Notes under the pieces: generated by a model
Database searches by the model: none
What the model was told of the DNA's origin: nothing
What the model saw: the letters and a program-made list of their open reading frames with translations, nothing else
Program-made: the position numbers and the translations under genes
Shown here: in pieces, positions 21,201-31,039 of the stretch
Numbering within the stretch: the stretch's first letter is position 1
Layout: each line of letters opens with the position of its first letter
Virus record (IMG/VR): IMGVR_UViG_2840842423_000001
Location: 1-64,000 of that record
Length of the DNA stretch: 64,000 nucleotides
Reading direction: 5' to 3' (one strand)
DNA from: a virus
Taxonomy: Duplodnaviria; Caudoviricetes

Positions 21201-22759
21201 GTTCAGCCCCTACTCGTGTTTCCACAATAGGTTAGTAGATTGAGCTTTAAGGGTTTCCCGTCAATTTAAGCGATTTGCAATATATCATCACTGACATATG
21301 GGACAATAAATTTATCCACTTCATTGAGTTGATCAACTATTCTTATACTATCTTCAGCTTCAATATTAAAACCTTTCATTGCAGCCGTTAACGCACTTGC
21401 AGAGTCATCTACAGTTAAATCTGATACGTTACCCATAACTGTTGCAACTTCCGTTATAGCGCTCAGATCGGTTCCTCTGTACCCTTGTCTAGCAAATGCA
21501 ATTAAGCCTTCATTTACCTCGCCAATCGTATTACCTAATCTTTCAGCTATATCGATACTGCTCTCCATAGCATCATTAATCTGAATTGTTCCATTAGATA
21601 CACGCTCCAACACAGTCATCTGTGAATCTAGCTCAACAATCTGTCGTAGAGCATCTCTCAAAGCTATTATAGGAGCATACATTGCTGCCATACCTGCGGC
21701 ATATATAGGAATACGTAGCATTGCTGATGCAGTTTGACCAGCAAATCGAGACATACCTGCGTCAGCTTTTCTAACATCAACCGCAAGCAGAGAAAACTGT
21801 CTGCTCAATGCCTTGGTTTTGTTCATGACATCAGGTGTTAGTGAGTTCAATCGATTATATTGTTTAGTCAGATTAGTTAATTGCTCGGTATGCTTGGGTG
21901 ACATATTACCTGCTAAACCTTGAGTTAGTTTTTGGGTGTTTGTTTCAAATTGTGCTCTAGCATTGTTTACTCTGGATTCCAATGCCCTCTGTGCTTGCAA
22001 GCTTTTAGAGGATGCTTCCACTCTCTTAAGTTGTGTTTCTAGTTTGTTAAGTTGTGCTACAGATTTAGCTGTGTTGACGGAATTTCCCATTCTAGATAGT
22101 GATTGTGCGCTAAGTTGTCCTTGGTTACCCATTTGTTGTAATTTGAGTCGTAAACGTTCTTGTGTAGCTATCAATTGCTCAGCAATAGATTTAGATTTTA
22201 ACGCTTCAGCTTGTTGTCTTTTTTCAAGTTTGAGATGATTTTCTGCAATATTATATCTAAGGAGTTCATCCTTTGGCGTTTTTGTAACAGTTAGTACATC
22301 TTCACTGTTAGGTTTACTGTACTTTTGGGTGATTTCTGCTTCACCTTTTTTATTGTACTTTGTGACTTCTTGATTCAGTTTCTGCCAACCACGCACAACC
22401 TCAGAAAGTGATTTCTTCTGCTTACTCTGAGCACCAGTAACTCCTTCAACAGCCTTCTTCTGTGAATCACCCATTTGAGAGACAGATTTTTTGAGATTGT
22501 CTATTTCTTTTTGACTCTTCTTTGTGTTAGGTGTGAGCGATTTGTTGACTTGTTTGCCTGTATCAGTTGCGGTGTTTCTCAGGTTTCTCATTTCTTTGTT
22601 GAATGTTCGTATTGATTTTAGTGCTTTATCATCCATGTTAACTTTAATTCTGATTGGTTTGAGTCTTTTAGATATTGCTTTGAGTTGACTTTGAATACTA
22701 CTGCCATCCACTGTGGTGGTGAGTTTAATTCCGAAAGAATCCATAGTTTGAGTTATCAT
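15259..22759 (-). CDS. yomI: Tape measure protein with lytic transglycosylase and M23 peptidase domains (CwlP/YomI-like); 5 exons: 22759-21314, 21039-20965, 20712-20638, 20378-20184, 19887-15259; about 2139 aa spliced
   Basis: Joined exons stay in frame: DQLNEVD|NNYSVTT...AAGTYG|IELSNLVGYTTAIG...SGNIIG|NSLKSISSRI...LKIAG|RYQLSRFLVLM; SLT motif ESSFN...GLMQLMP; M23 motifs HHGVD and HLH. Confidence 0.9.
19888..20183 (-). ncRNA. Group I intron, TMP intron 4 (296 nt, no ORF)
   Basis: P1 GCUGGU/GCCAGC with U.G at the splice site; AAAUUCAGGAAAAC, CAAUCGUGAG, GCAGAGACUUU/GGAAAGUCC core; ends in G; P10 ACCU/AGGU. Confidence 0.9.
20379..20637 (-). ncRNA. Group I intron, TMP intron 3 (259 nt, no ORF)
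   Basis: P1 UCGGU/GCCGA; AAUUGACUUGGAAC, GUGAACGACUA and GAUAGUCU core; terminal G. Confidence 0.9.
20713..20964 (-). ncRNA. Group I intron, TMP intron 2 (252 nt, no ORF)
   Basis: P1 CGGU/GCCG; AAAUUCAGGAGAAC, CAAUCGUGAG, GCAGAGAACAU/GGAUGUUCC core; 3' end inferred from frame and TMP consensus. Confidence 0.85.
21040..21313 (-). ncRNA. Group I intron, TMP intron 1 (274 nt, no ORF)
   Basis: P1 GGAU/GUCC; AAAUUGACGGGAAAC, AAUCCGCAG, UUCAACGACUA and GAUAGUCU core; terminal G. Confidence 0.9.
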
Positions 22760-22980
22760 TCCTTTCTGTTTTGAGTTTGGTTATTGATGTTGATGCAATG
22801 TTGTTTGTGCAGATTAAATTGCATAGGCTATTGAGGATCAATATCAAAAGAAAAAATATTGTGTTGTTGTGAGGTGGTTGTAAGTGGTATGGTGAGACGG
22901 GATTAATAAAGGAGAGGGTGAGGATGGATATTTTGTTGTATAATATTTTTTGTTTTGATATTGATCATCTTAAGCAAATC

Positions 22981-23010
22981 AAAAAAGCAATCAGAGGGAC
23001 TGACTGCTTT
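22981..23010 (-). terminator. Intrinsic terminator after the recombinase gene
   Basis: AAAGCAGTCAG-TCCCT-CTGATTGCTTT followed by TTT. Confidence 0.65.
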
Positions 23011-23023
23011 GTGTTATATGGTA

Positions 23024-24049
23024 TTATTTATCTTTAATCTGTTCCTCGTTTTTCTTCTTTCTTAATTCGGCAATTTTAGCCCTGACATCCGCTTTAGTTT
23101 GAGGCTTAATATATGCGGATCTAGTGGTTTCTACGCTTTTATGATTCCCCATAGAGGCTGCTAATGACAAATCTCCCGTAGCTTCGTAAATATTGTTGAG
23201 AGTTGTTTTACGAATGCTGTGACTTCGAAAATCATCTATCCCAAGTATATTTCCAATACGTTTGATTCTGGCTTGGATAGTTCCCTTAGTCATCGGTCTG
23301 TACTCACCTTTATATTTAGTTATAAACAGAGAGTCCACTTGAAGATCATCCATTTCTTTTCTCATTGCCAACCACTCTTCAATTATTGCTTTTGTGTATT
23401 CTTCGAAAACAACCTCAACTCTGTATCCTCGTTTTTCTCTTATGTCTTCAAATAACATATTGTCCAAATCTAAGGATGATAAGGTTAATAGAGAAATTGC
23501 TCCCACTCGGTTGGCTGAGTCAATCATAATACCCCAGATAAGCCTATCTTGAATATCGTATTTTTTAGTTTCCTCATCCAAAGCTAAGGTGATTTCCATA
23601 ACTTGCTCTTCATCTAAGTAATGTGAACTGATTATCTTTTCGTCTGAAGCGCCTTTCATACGATCTAATTGCTTGTCGAAAGGATGTTTGTCAACCAACC
23701 CTCTTTTTAGACTCCATAAGTAAAAGCTAGAAACAGTAGATAGTTTAGTATTTATTACCTTCTTGTTGTTATATAAGACTTCCTGACAGAAAGCAATAAA
23801 CCCCTCCATAATGTCTACAGCATCTTCCATGAACTCTTCACTATAAAGATCAATATTATCCCATTCTTCGCATAGGTATACTAGGAAGTGAGACATATAG
23901 TTTTTATAAACCAAATAAGTGCTGTTAGCTACTTCACGGTTTTTTATAATTGAGCTTCGTAAATACTTTTCGTATTTCTTAATGTTCTCAGGATTTATTT
24001 TATCTCTTTTCTCCTGAGTAAAATACTTCACTCGCTTAACTTTTCCCAC
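23024..24049 (-). CDS. yomM: Tyrosine recombinase in the tail operon (YomM-like)
   Basis: Catalytic set R (SANRVG), HSIR, H (GNHKS) and Y (TRSAY); synteny with SPbeta. Confidence 0.85.
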   Translation of the reverse strand: MGKVKRVKYFTQEKRDKINPENIKKYEKYLRSSIIKNREVANSTYLVYKNYMSHFLVYLCEEWDNIDLYSEEFMEDAVDIMEGFIAFCQEVLYNNKKVINTKLSTVSSFYLWSLKRGLVDKHPFDKQLDRMKGASDEKIISSHYLDEEQVMEITLALDEETKKYDIQDRLIWGIMIDSANRVGAISLLTLSSLDLDNMLFEDIREKRGYRVEVVFEEYTKAIIEEWLAMRKEMDDLQVDSLFITKYKGEYRPMTKGTIQARIKRIGNILGIDDFRSHSIRKTTLNNIYEATGDLSLAASMGNHKSVETTRSAYIKPQTKADVRAKIAELRKKKNEEQIKDK

Positions 24050-24090
24050 GTCAATCTTCCACCTTCTTCAATATTCAGTTCAATCTACAA

Positions 24091-24606
24091 TCAAAACGCG
24101 CTCAATCCTCTGGCTCGCAACCCTTTTTTAAGCACATCTACGGCTTTTCCACTTTCCTGCAATTCTCTCAATGTTTCCTTTTGAAATGGGCGGGCTTCCA
24201 AATACTCTCCAGAACCATCACCTTTGTGTTTATATTCTTTTCCATTGGTGTTGTCCCCACCTTCAACTAAGTCGGCAATCTGCATATCTGTATCTTGCTG
24301 TCCAGTAGTAGTGTTAGTAACTGTTAACTCTACACCTGTTAATGTGGGTGCGGTTTCTGCCTTCATGTTTTCAATATCACCCAAGCCGCCGCTGCCCTTG
24401 TCTGTGCCTCTCCGTTGGTATGTCCAAGGCTTACCTTTGGGGCTAGGTTTATATCGGTTGTAAACCTCTTTCTCGACCATATCTGACTCAGTTTCCTTGA
24501 CAACTTGTGCAAGCTCCTGCTTCATTACTGAACTCAACTGAGTCTTCAAATATTCATTCAACTCAGCCAGATTACTTGCTGTTTTCTTAGCCATTTTATC
24601 ACTCAT
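24091..24606 (-). CDS. Tail/neck component (HK97 gp10-like, YomN-like position)
   Basis: VYNRYKP...YQRRG...GGLGD...ARPF motifs; synteny. Confidence 0.6.
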   Translation of the reverse strand: MSDKMAKKTASNLAELNEYLKTQLSSVMKQELAQVVKETESDMVEKEVYNRYKPSPKGKPWTYQRRGTDKGSGGLGDIENMKAETAPTLTGVELTVTNTTTGQQDTDMQIADLVEGGDNTNGKEYKHKGDGSGEYLEARPFQKETLRELQESGKAVDVLKKGLRARGLSAF

Positions 24607-24667
24607 TTCAGCTAAATTTATCCGTTTTACATATCAAGATAAAATCATCCTTTTATATCATTTAACA

Positions 24668-25240
24668 CTACTGAATATTGTTATTTACTCTACTTCTAAT
24701 AGCTTCTTTACTCAACGTGTTAAACATTTCCTGATTCTTTAATTCTAATACTTTTAGATTTTCTTTTGTGTTATCTTCAATAGAAGCTAAAAATTCATAT
24801 CTGGATCGCAATTCTGCCATAGCTTTAGCTACTTTATCTATCTCACTTTGCGAAAATACTTCATTTAGGATCTGTTTGTAATATCCTGCGTCAATTAGTT
24901 GACTCATTTGTTGCAATTGCTCCTCAAATTTATCAGAAATCTGTGGTTTTAAATCTGTGAAATGTTTGATTGTTAAGAGGAATACGTGTTGACCTAATTC
25001 ATCATCAGTGATATCTTCCCCGATTTCGTTTAGGTAGTTGAGGATGTTTTGCACCTCTTGTAATAATTCATGGATTTTGGATTCTGGAAATGTTGGATAG
25101 AATTTGATCGCAACATCTTCGTTTAGCTCATAAGAAGACATTGTATTGACTTCTTTTGCTGTACGTTTAACCTTTGCCATAGTTAGTTTTTTGGGTGTGG
25201 GTTGTTTAGTAGTTTTAACTTGCTTATTATCTTCTGACAT
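24668..25240 (-). CDS. Putative tail assembly chaperone
   Basis: Position downstream of the major tail gene; AGGAGG RBS. Confidence 0.55.
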   Translation of the reverse strand: MSEDNKQVKTTKQPTPKKLTMAKVKRTAKEVNTMSSYELNEDVAIKFYPTFPESKIHELLQEVQNILNYLNEIGEDITDDELGQHVFLLTIKHFTDLKPQISDKFEEQLQQMSQLIDAGYYKQILNEVFSQSEIDKVAKAMAELRSRYEFLASIEDNTKENLKVLELKNQEMFNTLSKEAIRSRVNNNIQ

Positions 25241-25467
25241 TTTGTTGCCTCCTTGTTATTCTTGATAATTTATATATCACTATTTAATTATTGGTTTAAC
25301 ATCTGCGCATAATGACAAACCTTTCACTCTATCTGGTTTAATATAACAATAGAGAAAGAGAATAAGAATCTTCTCCTTGTCAGTTAAGCTCATGACTTCT
25401 CAACCTATCTCTGCATTCGTTATATAATATTTATTTCTTATTATCTTTTAAAACTAACAGTGTCTTA

Positions 25468-26199
25468 TTAAACAGTGCGAGGAACCTGCACAACACGTCC
25501 AATTTTATCTTCGTCGTCACCTGTTAAAGCTTCCATTGTTAAAGCAGGAGTCAATGGAGTCCCAGCCTCTAGAGCCATTTCAAATTCAGTGTTGAAGACA
25601 ACATTGTCAAAGATGAAATAGATGTCATTGACTACTGTGTTAGTTTTCGTATCATATTCAATTGTTCTATACTGAATTTCATAACTCTCAGAAAACTTAC
25701 TAGCATCGATGTCAATTACTTTACCTTGTGCTTCTTCTTTGTAAATAGCAGTTACTTTATCTCCCTCTTCTGCAAAACCTTCGGGCACGGAAACACTATC
25801 AGTAGCTACGGCTACTTCTACAGATTCTCCACCGTTGATCAAAATAGCAGTAGAATCAACTGGGGTTCCTGTAAGAGTAACTGAAAGAGCATCAACGTCT
25901 GATTGTACAATTAATCCCGTTTCTGTTTTTTTTACAGTAGCACTGCCATCTGCAATTTCAACTCCTTGGGTCATTGCTAAATAGTTGAGATCAAATACTA
26001 CATCTGTGATATTTAATTCAACAGTCTTAGAGTGGTTATACCTGTAAACAGGTTTAACTCCTATGCCTCCTCGTTGCGTTTCTGACTCACCAGTAATATT
26101 GAATCCAGCAGTGCTGCCAGTTCCCATGAATACTGTATGTTTGTCAGACTTTCTAGTTACTATGGCTTCTGCCACATCAATTATATAAGTCTTATTCAT
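25468..26199 (-). CDS. Major tail tube protein
   Basis: Acidic beta-rich 243 aa with RGGIG motif; strong RBS; synteny. Confidence 0.75.
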   Translation of the reverse strand: MNKTYIIDVAEAIVTRKSDKHTVFMGTGSTAGFNITGESETQRGGIGVKPVYRYNHSKTVELNITDVVFDLNYLAMTQGVEIADGSATVKKTETGLIVQSDVDALSVTLTGTPVDSTAILINGGESVEVAVATDSVSVPEGFAEEGDKVTAIYKEEAQGKVIDIDASKFSESYEIQYRTIEYDTKTNTVVNDIYFIFDNVVFNTEFEMALEAGTPLTPALTMEALTGDDEDKIGRVVQVPRTV

Positions 26200-26228
26200 T
26201 TTGTGTATTCCTCCTATTATAATGTTTA

Positions 26229-27032
26229 TTAATTATTGTTGAACACCTTATTTGCAGTTTGGTCAAGCTCTTCTTTTGTTATTACATGCTTATTTTTCTC
26301 AGCTATCTCATGGTTTTTAGACCAATTTGAAATATCCACTTTCTCCGCAACTGTTGCGAATAATGTGGATGTGTCATAATCCTTGAAGCCAGCTATTCTT
26401 CTAAACGTCATATTTAGTTGAAACACAGTGTAATTATTAATCTGTGCGTAACTTGCCCCTTGACCAACTGCAACACTGGTCATTAACGTTGTAAAACCAA
26501 TGCCTTCGCCTGATTTAGACTTTGCAGCCATATCCAAAAAAGCTTGAATTTCTGGGTTGGGATTTGTTTCGGGTAATGTAATGCCATTCATCTTAGCTAT
26601 CAGTTCACGGTAATAGTTAAAGTTTTGCTCACTGACCTTCTTCCAAGCACCATCATCTCTGAACAGTACGGAAAATAACTCTTGGTACGCCATATCAAAA
26701 TTCGGGAGTTGTTTTATTATTTTAAACGTTGTTCCTTGTTCAACTACTTCTATACTCGCTATTAAACTTTTTAAATGTTCACCTGATGCTTTTTTCTTTT
26801 GTTGATGCATATCTGCCATGATTTTGTTCTTATCGTACACTAGCACAGAGAGTTTTCCGATCATCTCAGAATAATCTTTAACTTTGATAAAGTGGCAAAA
26901 TCCTATTTCTGTTTTAATAGGTGAGCCTTGAATATAAAAGTCTTCAATGTCTTCAATGTGCTCAATTGCTTCTACTTGTTCTACAGTATCTGAATCTACA
27001 ATCGTACTTTGCTTTCGCTTATCAAAATTCAT
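26229..27032 (-). CDS. Conserved tail-module protein (YomV-like)
   Basis: FYIQGSPIKTEIG, NPEIQ, INNYTVFQL motifs; synteny. Confidence 0.6.
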   Translation of the reverse strand: MNFDKRKQSTIVDSDTVEQVEAIEHIEDIEDFYIQGSPIKTEIGFCHFIKVKDYSEMIGKLSVLVYDKNKIMADMHQQKKKASGEHLKSLIASIEVVEQGTTFKIIKQLPNFDMAYQELFSVLFRDDGAWKKVSEQNFNYYRELIAKMNGITLPETNPNPEIQAFLDMAAKSKSGEGIGFTTLMTSVAVGQGASYAQINNYTVFQLNMTFRRIAGFKDYDTSTLFATVAEKVDISNWSKNHEIAEKNKHVITKEELDQTANKVFNNN

Positions 27033-27559
27033 CTTTTCGACCTCACTACTTGGTAAATGTGCCTATATGCTATGTATTCTTTGGGCGCTGTAAAGTCATA
27101 CCCATTTGCATAATCGATTGTTCCTAAACCAGTCACTTGATTATTCATGAGAAGTTGATGTGCTCTATCTCCAATGCGTTCCATGCGTTGATCCACACTA
27201 AATGAGTTGTGACAGAATATATCTACAACAATTTCTTGTCTGGTTGTGCTTTTATTTGTTGCATGAGGTCTTGATTTACCCGCATAGAGATATATACGAC
27301 ACAAATAGTTATTTTCTAGATCATCGCTTTTCGAGGTTCTCTCGATGTGTCTGTTAATAATCTCCCACATTTTCAAGCTCTCAGGTGTTGGTGTTTTAGT
27401 TATGTCCTGCTCAACAACTAAATTAGGCAAGGATTCATCCAATGGGTTAGGTTGATTATTAGGAATACTAGTAGGTGGGTAGTAAAGAAGTCTGAGCAAT
27501 TGTTCATCTGCATGTAAAATATTATAAGCGTCATTCATCATATTCGCTAATATGCTCAT
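27029..27559 (-). CDS. Putative tail terminator/completion protein
   Basis: DEQLLRLLYYP and EIVVDIFCH motifs; synteny. Confidence 0.6.
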   Translation of the reverse strand: MSILANMMNDAYNILHADEQLLRLLYYPPTSIPNNQPNPLDESLPNLVVEQDITKTPTPESLKMWEIINRHIERTSKSDDLENNYLCRIYLYAGKSRPHATNKSTTRQEIVVDIFCHNSFSVDQRMERIGDRAHQLLMNNQVTGLGTIDYANGYDFTAPKEYIAYRHIYQVVRSKR

Positions 27560-28206
27560 TCTTTGTCTACCTTCCTTTCAACAATAATCTCTATTACTCC
27601 AACCCCATTTATAACTTTTGTATAGTCAATGTCAGCCACTATATAACGTTTTTCATACAATACATACTCCTCATTGGTTTGAATGTTTGAATCAGGAACA
27701 TATTTGGTATACACGCTTAATTTTCCTTCAGGTAGTGGCAACTGAGCATTATCATTAGAACTGTAGTATTTACTATCTATAATACAAGGAACATCTTCAT
27801 ATTCAATCTCAGTTGTATAGTAAGGTTGACCATTATGATCATACCCTGCAAACACTTTTGTTTCGCCTACTTTAACAGGAATAATATAGTTGCATTTCTT
27901 CATTACTCCAAAACGATATATATCATCCTCATCTGTTTCCATCAACAAATACTTATTGTCTTTGTAGGTAACGACACTGCCAACAAGAGGATTGTAACCA
28001 TGTCTAAAATTCACAAGTTTCTCATCATACTTGGTCTTCTTGTTGATAATTGTATCTACCATTACACCATCAATATCCACACTGTAATAGGATGGGGAAG
28101 TATTAAAGTCTCTCTCAAAGGATTTAATTGCTTCATTCAACTGAGCTTCAACAGCACTCTTACCACTCATATTCAGACGCTTCACATATCTATCTAAGTA
28201 ATCCAT
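27556..28206 (-). CDS. Putative head-closure protein
   Basis: Overlapping start/stop within the head-tail module; synteny. Confidence 0.55.
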   Translation of the reverse strand: MDYLDRYVKRLNMSGKSAVEAQLNEAIKSFERDFNTSPSYYSVDIDGVMVDTIINKKTKYDEKLVNFRHGYNPLVGSVVTYKDNKYLLMETDEDDIYRFGVMKKCNYIIPVKVGETKVFAGYDHNGQPYYTTEIEYEDVPCIIDSKYYSSNDNAQLPLPEGKLSVYTKYVPDSNIQTNEEYVLYEKRYIVADIDYTKVINGVGVIEIIVERKVDKE

Positions 28207-28505
28207 TACGTATCACCAGACTCAAAAAATTTATCCAGCAAACTCATATGACCAAATATCTCTCGTCTGATAGTAGCTAAATCTGGCTCAGGTTCTAGAC
28301 TGTCAGAATACATGTGTTCCAAATCAGATATAAGAGTTTGTAACATACTATCTTGTACAGGATTTACTCTGTATCTCAATCCTTCTAACTCATAGATAAC
28401 TGAGTGAATATATGTAGTTAATCCCTCATTCTCACCTTCAAACAGATACAACACTTTGAATATTTTATTTTTCAATTTATCTACATGGGTTTCAGTAACA
28501 AACAT
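28206..28505 (-). CDS. Hypothetical head-tail module protein
   Basis: Translationally coupled 99-aa ORF. Confidence 0.6.
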   Translation of the reverse strand: MFVTETHVDKLKNKIFKVLYLFEGENEGLTTYIHSVIYELEGLRYRVNPVQDSMLQTLISDLEHMYSDSLEPEPDLATIRREIFGHMSLLDKFFESGDT

Positions 28506-28933
28506 TACATCCCCTCCATGTAGTAATATTGAAGCATGAGTGTATTAGTTCTCTCTTCTTCTAATGCTCTAAGTTCTTTTAGTTGACCCAACAGATTGCC
28601 GGGGGAGAATATTTGGAAGTCTTTCGAACCTAGTTTTTGTTCAAACATTTCTGTCCTCAATAGTTTAGGCGACATATATTCAACAACCATGAACCGAGCA
28701 AGAATTTCTTTTTCTGTTGAAGAAAGGGATATAGTAAATTGCTCGTTTGTGTCGTCCATTACATCTTCAAATTTAATTGAAGCGTATGTAAAATGAGGGT
28801 GAGCGCTTTTGAGATAATCGAGTAGCATTTCTTTGGCAAAAGTTAAATCAGTCTGGATTTCATTGAGCAAATCGTAATCCTGTATTTTACTGAGAAACTT
28901 TTCGTATATTTCGTTGTAGGAAGTTGTATTCAT
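28505..28933 (-). CDS. Putative head-tail adaptor
   Basis: TSYNEIYEKFLSKIQDY and KDFQIFSPGNLL motifs; synteny. Confidence 0.65.
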   Translation of the reverse strand: MNTTSYNEIYEKFLSKIQDYDLLNEIQTDLTFAKEMLLDYLKSAHPHFTYASIKFEDVMDDTNEQFTISLSSTEKEILARFMVVEYMSPKLLRTEMFEQKLGSKDFQIFSPGNLLGQLKELRALEEERTNTLMLQYYYMEGM

Positions 28934-28947
28934 TGTGGAAACCTCCC

Positions 28948-29382
28948 TTAAATGATATCCTCATCAATTGCATCAAAGATTTCAACATCATAAAGATCAC
29001 CAATTACTTTTAATTTCGCTTGGGATAAATCTTGATCTTTTTTAGCAACATTGATTACTTTATCAATAGCATGTTTTGCATCTAACTTTTTCAACTCAGT
29101 TTTCATTTTTCCAACACCTAGCTTTAGGATCGCAGCAACTTCTTTTTCGGAAACAGTATTAGCATTTTTCTCTAGATATCCCATTTTCTCTAACATACCT
29201 TGATCCTCTGTGAAAATAACACCTTTACGAAACAGTTGACTTACTGCATCCACATAAAGAATGTCGTCTTCTTCCATATGAATGAATGTACGAGGCATGA
29301 TAACCTGCTCACGATTTGAGCTATCGTCATATCGAATACCCACTCTAAAACCATTATTGTTGTGTACTTTATATTTAGCCAT
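28948..29382 (-). CDS. Head-module protein (YonA-like position)
   Basis: ORF with RBS directly after the capsid gene. Confidence 0.6.
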   Translation of the reverse strand: MAKYKVHNNNGFRVGIRYDDSSNREQVIMPRTFIHMEEDDILYVDAVSQLFRKGVIFTEDQGMLEKMGYLEKNANTVSEKEVAAILKLGVGKMKTELKKLDAKHAIDKVINVAKKDQDLSQAKLKVIGDLYDVEIFDAIDEDII

Positions 29383-29465
29383 ATTAATCTCTCCTTATTA
29401 TTCAGTATTAGAGATGTATTAAATCAATAATACATCTCATATGTATAATACTATTTATCTTTAAA

Positions 29466-30452
29466 TTACTCACTTAGAGTTGTATCTTCATACACGCCAA
29501 GAAGTTTACGAGCGCCAATAACACCAGCACCAATATATTGATCGAAACGGAACTCAACTTGTTTAGAATCAATGCTAACAGGTGCATCAGTAGTCTGAAC
29601 CCCACCAGCAAATTGAACTTTTATTGGCTTAAGCCCTTCTTCAACGTTAGGAATTACATAAACCAAGTCTTTTCGTAGTTCAGTTTCAGTTAAAGAGCCA
29701 GCTTGGAATGGGTTGTTCAATTTAACCAAAGAAGAACCGTTATATTTACCAATCATTCCGTTCTGGTTATGTTCTGCTGCTAGATCGGCAGGTACATTAC
29801 CATCAAATCCAGTAAGAGCAGTGAATTTAGCCAATGCTTCAGTATCCCCAACAATAGAAGTGCTTCCACCTGCACGAGCCATAGCAAATAAGATAGGGTC
29901 AAAAGCCTGTTTAGCAATACCTGAACCACTAGCATAGTTAACACCAGTAGTGCCTTTAAATGCCGCGTATACTGAATCTTGTATACGTTTAACAATAGCA
30001 AGCTCCATTTTAATTGCAGCTTTTTGAGCCAAGTCAGTCAAATTAGCCTTACCTGTTTGCAACTCTAAAAAATCAACAACTGGACGAATAGAAACTTCTT
30101 CTGTATCTAAACCAGTGTATTTAGAGCTAACTTTTGAGCGCTCAGTGGTTGCAGACTTAGCTTGGAACATGGCTTTAAGTCCGTCAATTTCAGTCTTGAA
30201 TCGTGCTTTTGTATCAATATCAGTACGCTTAACATCAGCAATTAAATCTAAATAATTTACACGTTGACTTAACCCTTCGTTGATTACAAATGACATAATC
30301 TGTGCAATTTCATAACGATTATTAGGATTTGGATTTGAAGCCAACTCCTTAATATATTCGTGTGCATCTTTCAACTCATTTACTTCAATTTTACCTTTTA
30401 ACATATCTGTAGAGAATACCTCTACGATACGTGATTCTTGATTAATGTTCAT
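29466..30452 (-). CDS. Major capsid protein (YonB-like)
   Basis: 328 aa, strong RBS, position after scaffold and decoration genes. Confidence 0.75.
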   Translation of the reverse strand: MNINQESRIVEVFSTDMLKGKIEVNELKDAHEYIKELASNPNPNNRYEIAQIMSFVINEGLSQRVNYLDLIADVKRTDIDTKARFKTEIDGLKAMFQAKSATTERSKVSSKYTGLDTEEVSIRPVVDFLELQTGKANLTDLAQKAAIKMELAIVKRIQDSVYAAFKGTTGVNYASGSGIAKQAFDPILFAMARAGGSTSIVGDTEALAKFTALTGFDGNVPADLAAEHNQNGMIGKYNGSSLVKLNNPFQAGSLTETELRKDLVYVIPNVEEGLKPIKVQFAGGVQTTDAPVSIDSKQVEFRFDQYIGAGVIGARKLLGVYEDTTLSE

Positions 30453-30523
30453 ATTATTCTTCCTCCATTGTTTTGTTTTATTTTTTATTATTCCATACTG
30501 TATTATTTACTTTTTGATATTGA

Positions 30524-30943
30524 TTAAAGTGCCAACAGACGTGCAGTAGGAACACCGTATTCACCAGTTAGTTCTTTAACTACAAATTGAGCTGTTCCAT
30601 CAACTGGAGTTTTAACAACCTGACCACCAGCACCCACAGCTACTTCATCACCCTCAGCTAAGCCTTCAGCAATAACAGTTGTTACCAAAATTTCGCCTGC
30701 CTGTGGCTTGTGAGCACGTAAAAATTTATCTGCTTTAACACGGAAGTCAATAGTGTCAATAGCTTCTTCTTCAATATAATCTAATTCATTTGCAACAAAA
30801 TAAACGTCTACTGCTCCTGCTGCTGCTAATGAACCTGTTTTTGCTGCATGATCTAATTCTACGAATGCCCCGTTTTCTACTTCACCTGTGCTTTTGTATG
30901 TACCAATATATTGGTCGTTGCCTAATGCAAGAAATCCTGCCAT
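30524..30943 (-). CDS. Capsid decoration/cement protein (YonC-like)
   Basis: Small Ala/Gly/Val-rich protein with VENGAFV motif, between scaffold and capsid genes. Confidence 0.6.
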   Translation of the reverse strand: MAGFLALGNDQYIGTYKSTGEVENGAFVELDHAAKTGSLAAAGAVDVYFVANELDYIEEEAIDTIDFRVKADKFLRAHKPQAGEILVTTVIAEGLAEGDEVAVGAGGQVVKTPVDGTAQFVVKELTGEYGVPTARLLAL

Positions 30944-31039
30944 AATAAATCATTCTCCTTTTAATTTGTTTTATATTTGTTTAGTTTTAACGTACTAAGA
31001 ACGTTTTTATTTATAACTGTGTATAATGTTTCTTACCTA

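Noticed and set aside
21266-22759. 497-aa ORF as a separate gene, or TMP and terminase as decayed pseudogenes
   Set aside because: The interruptions carry group I cores and the exons rejoin in frame (apart from the 1-nt ambiguity flagged in terL)
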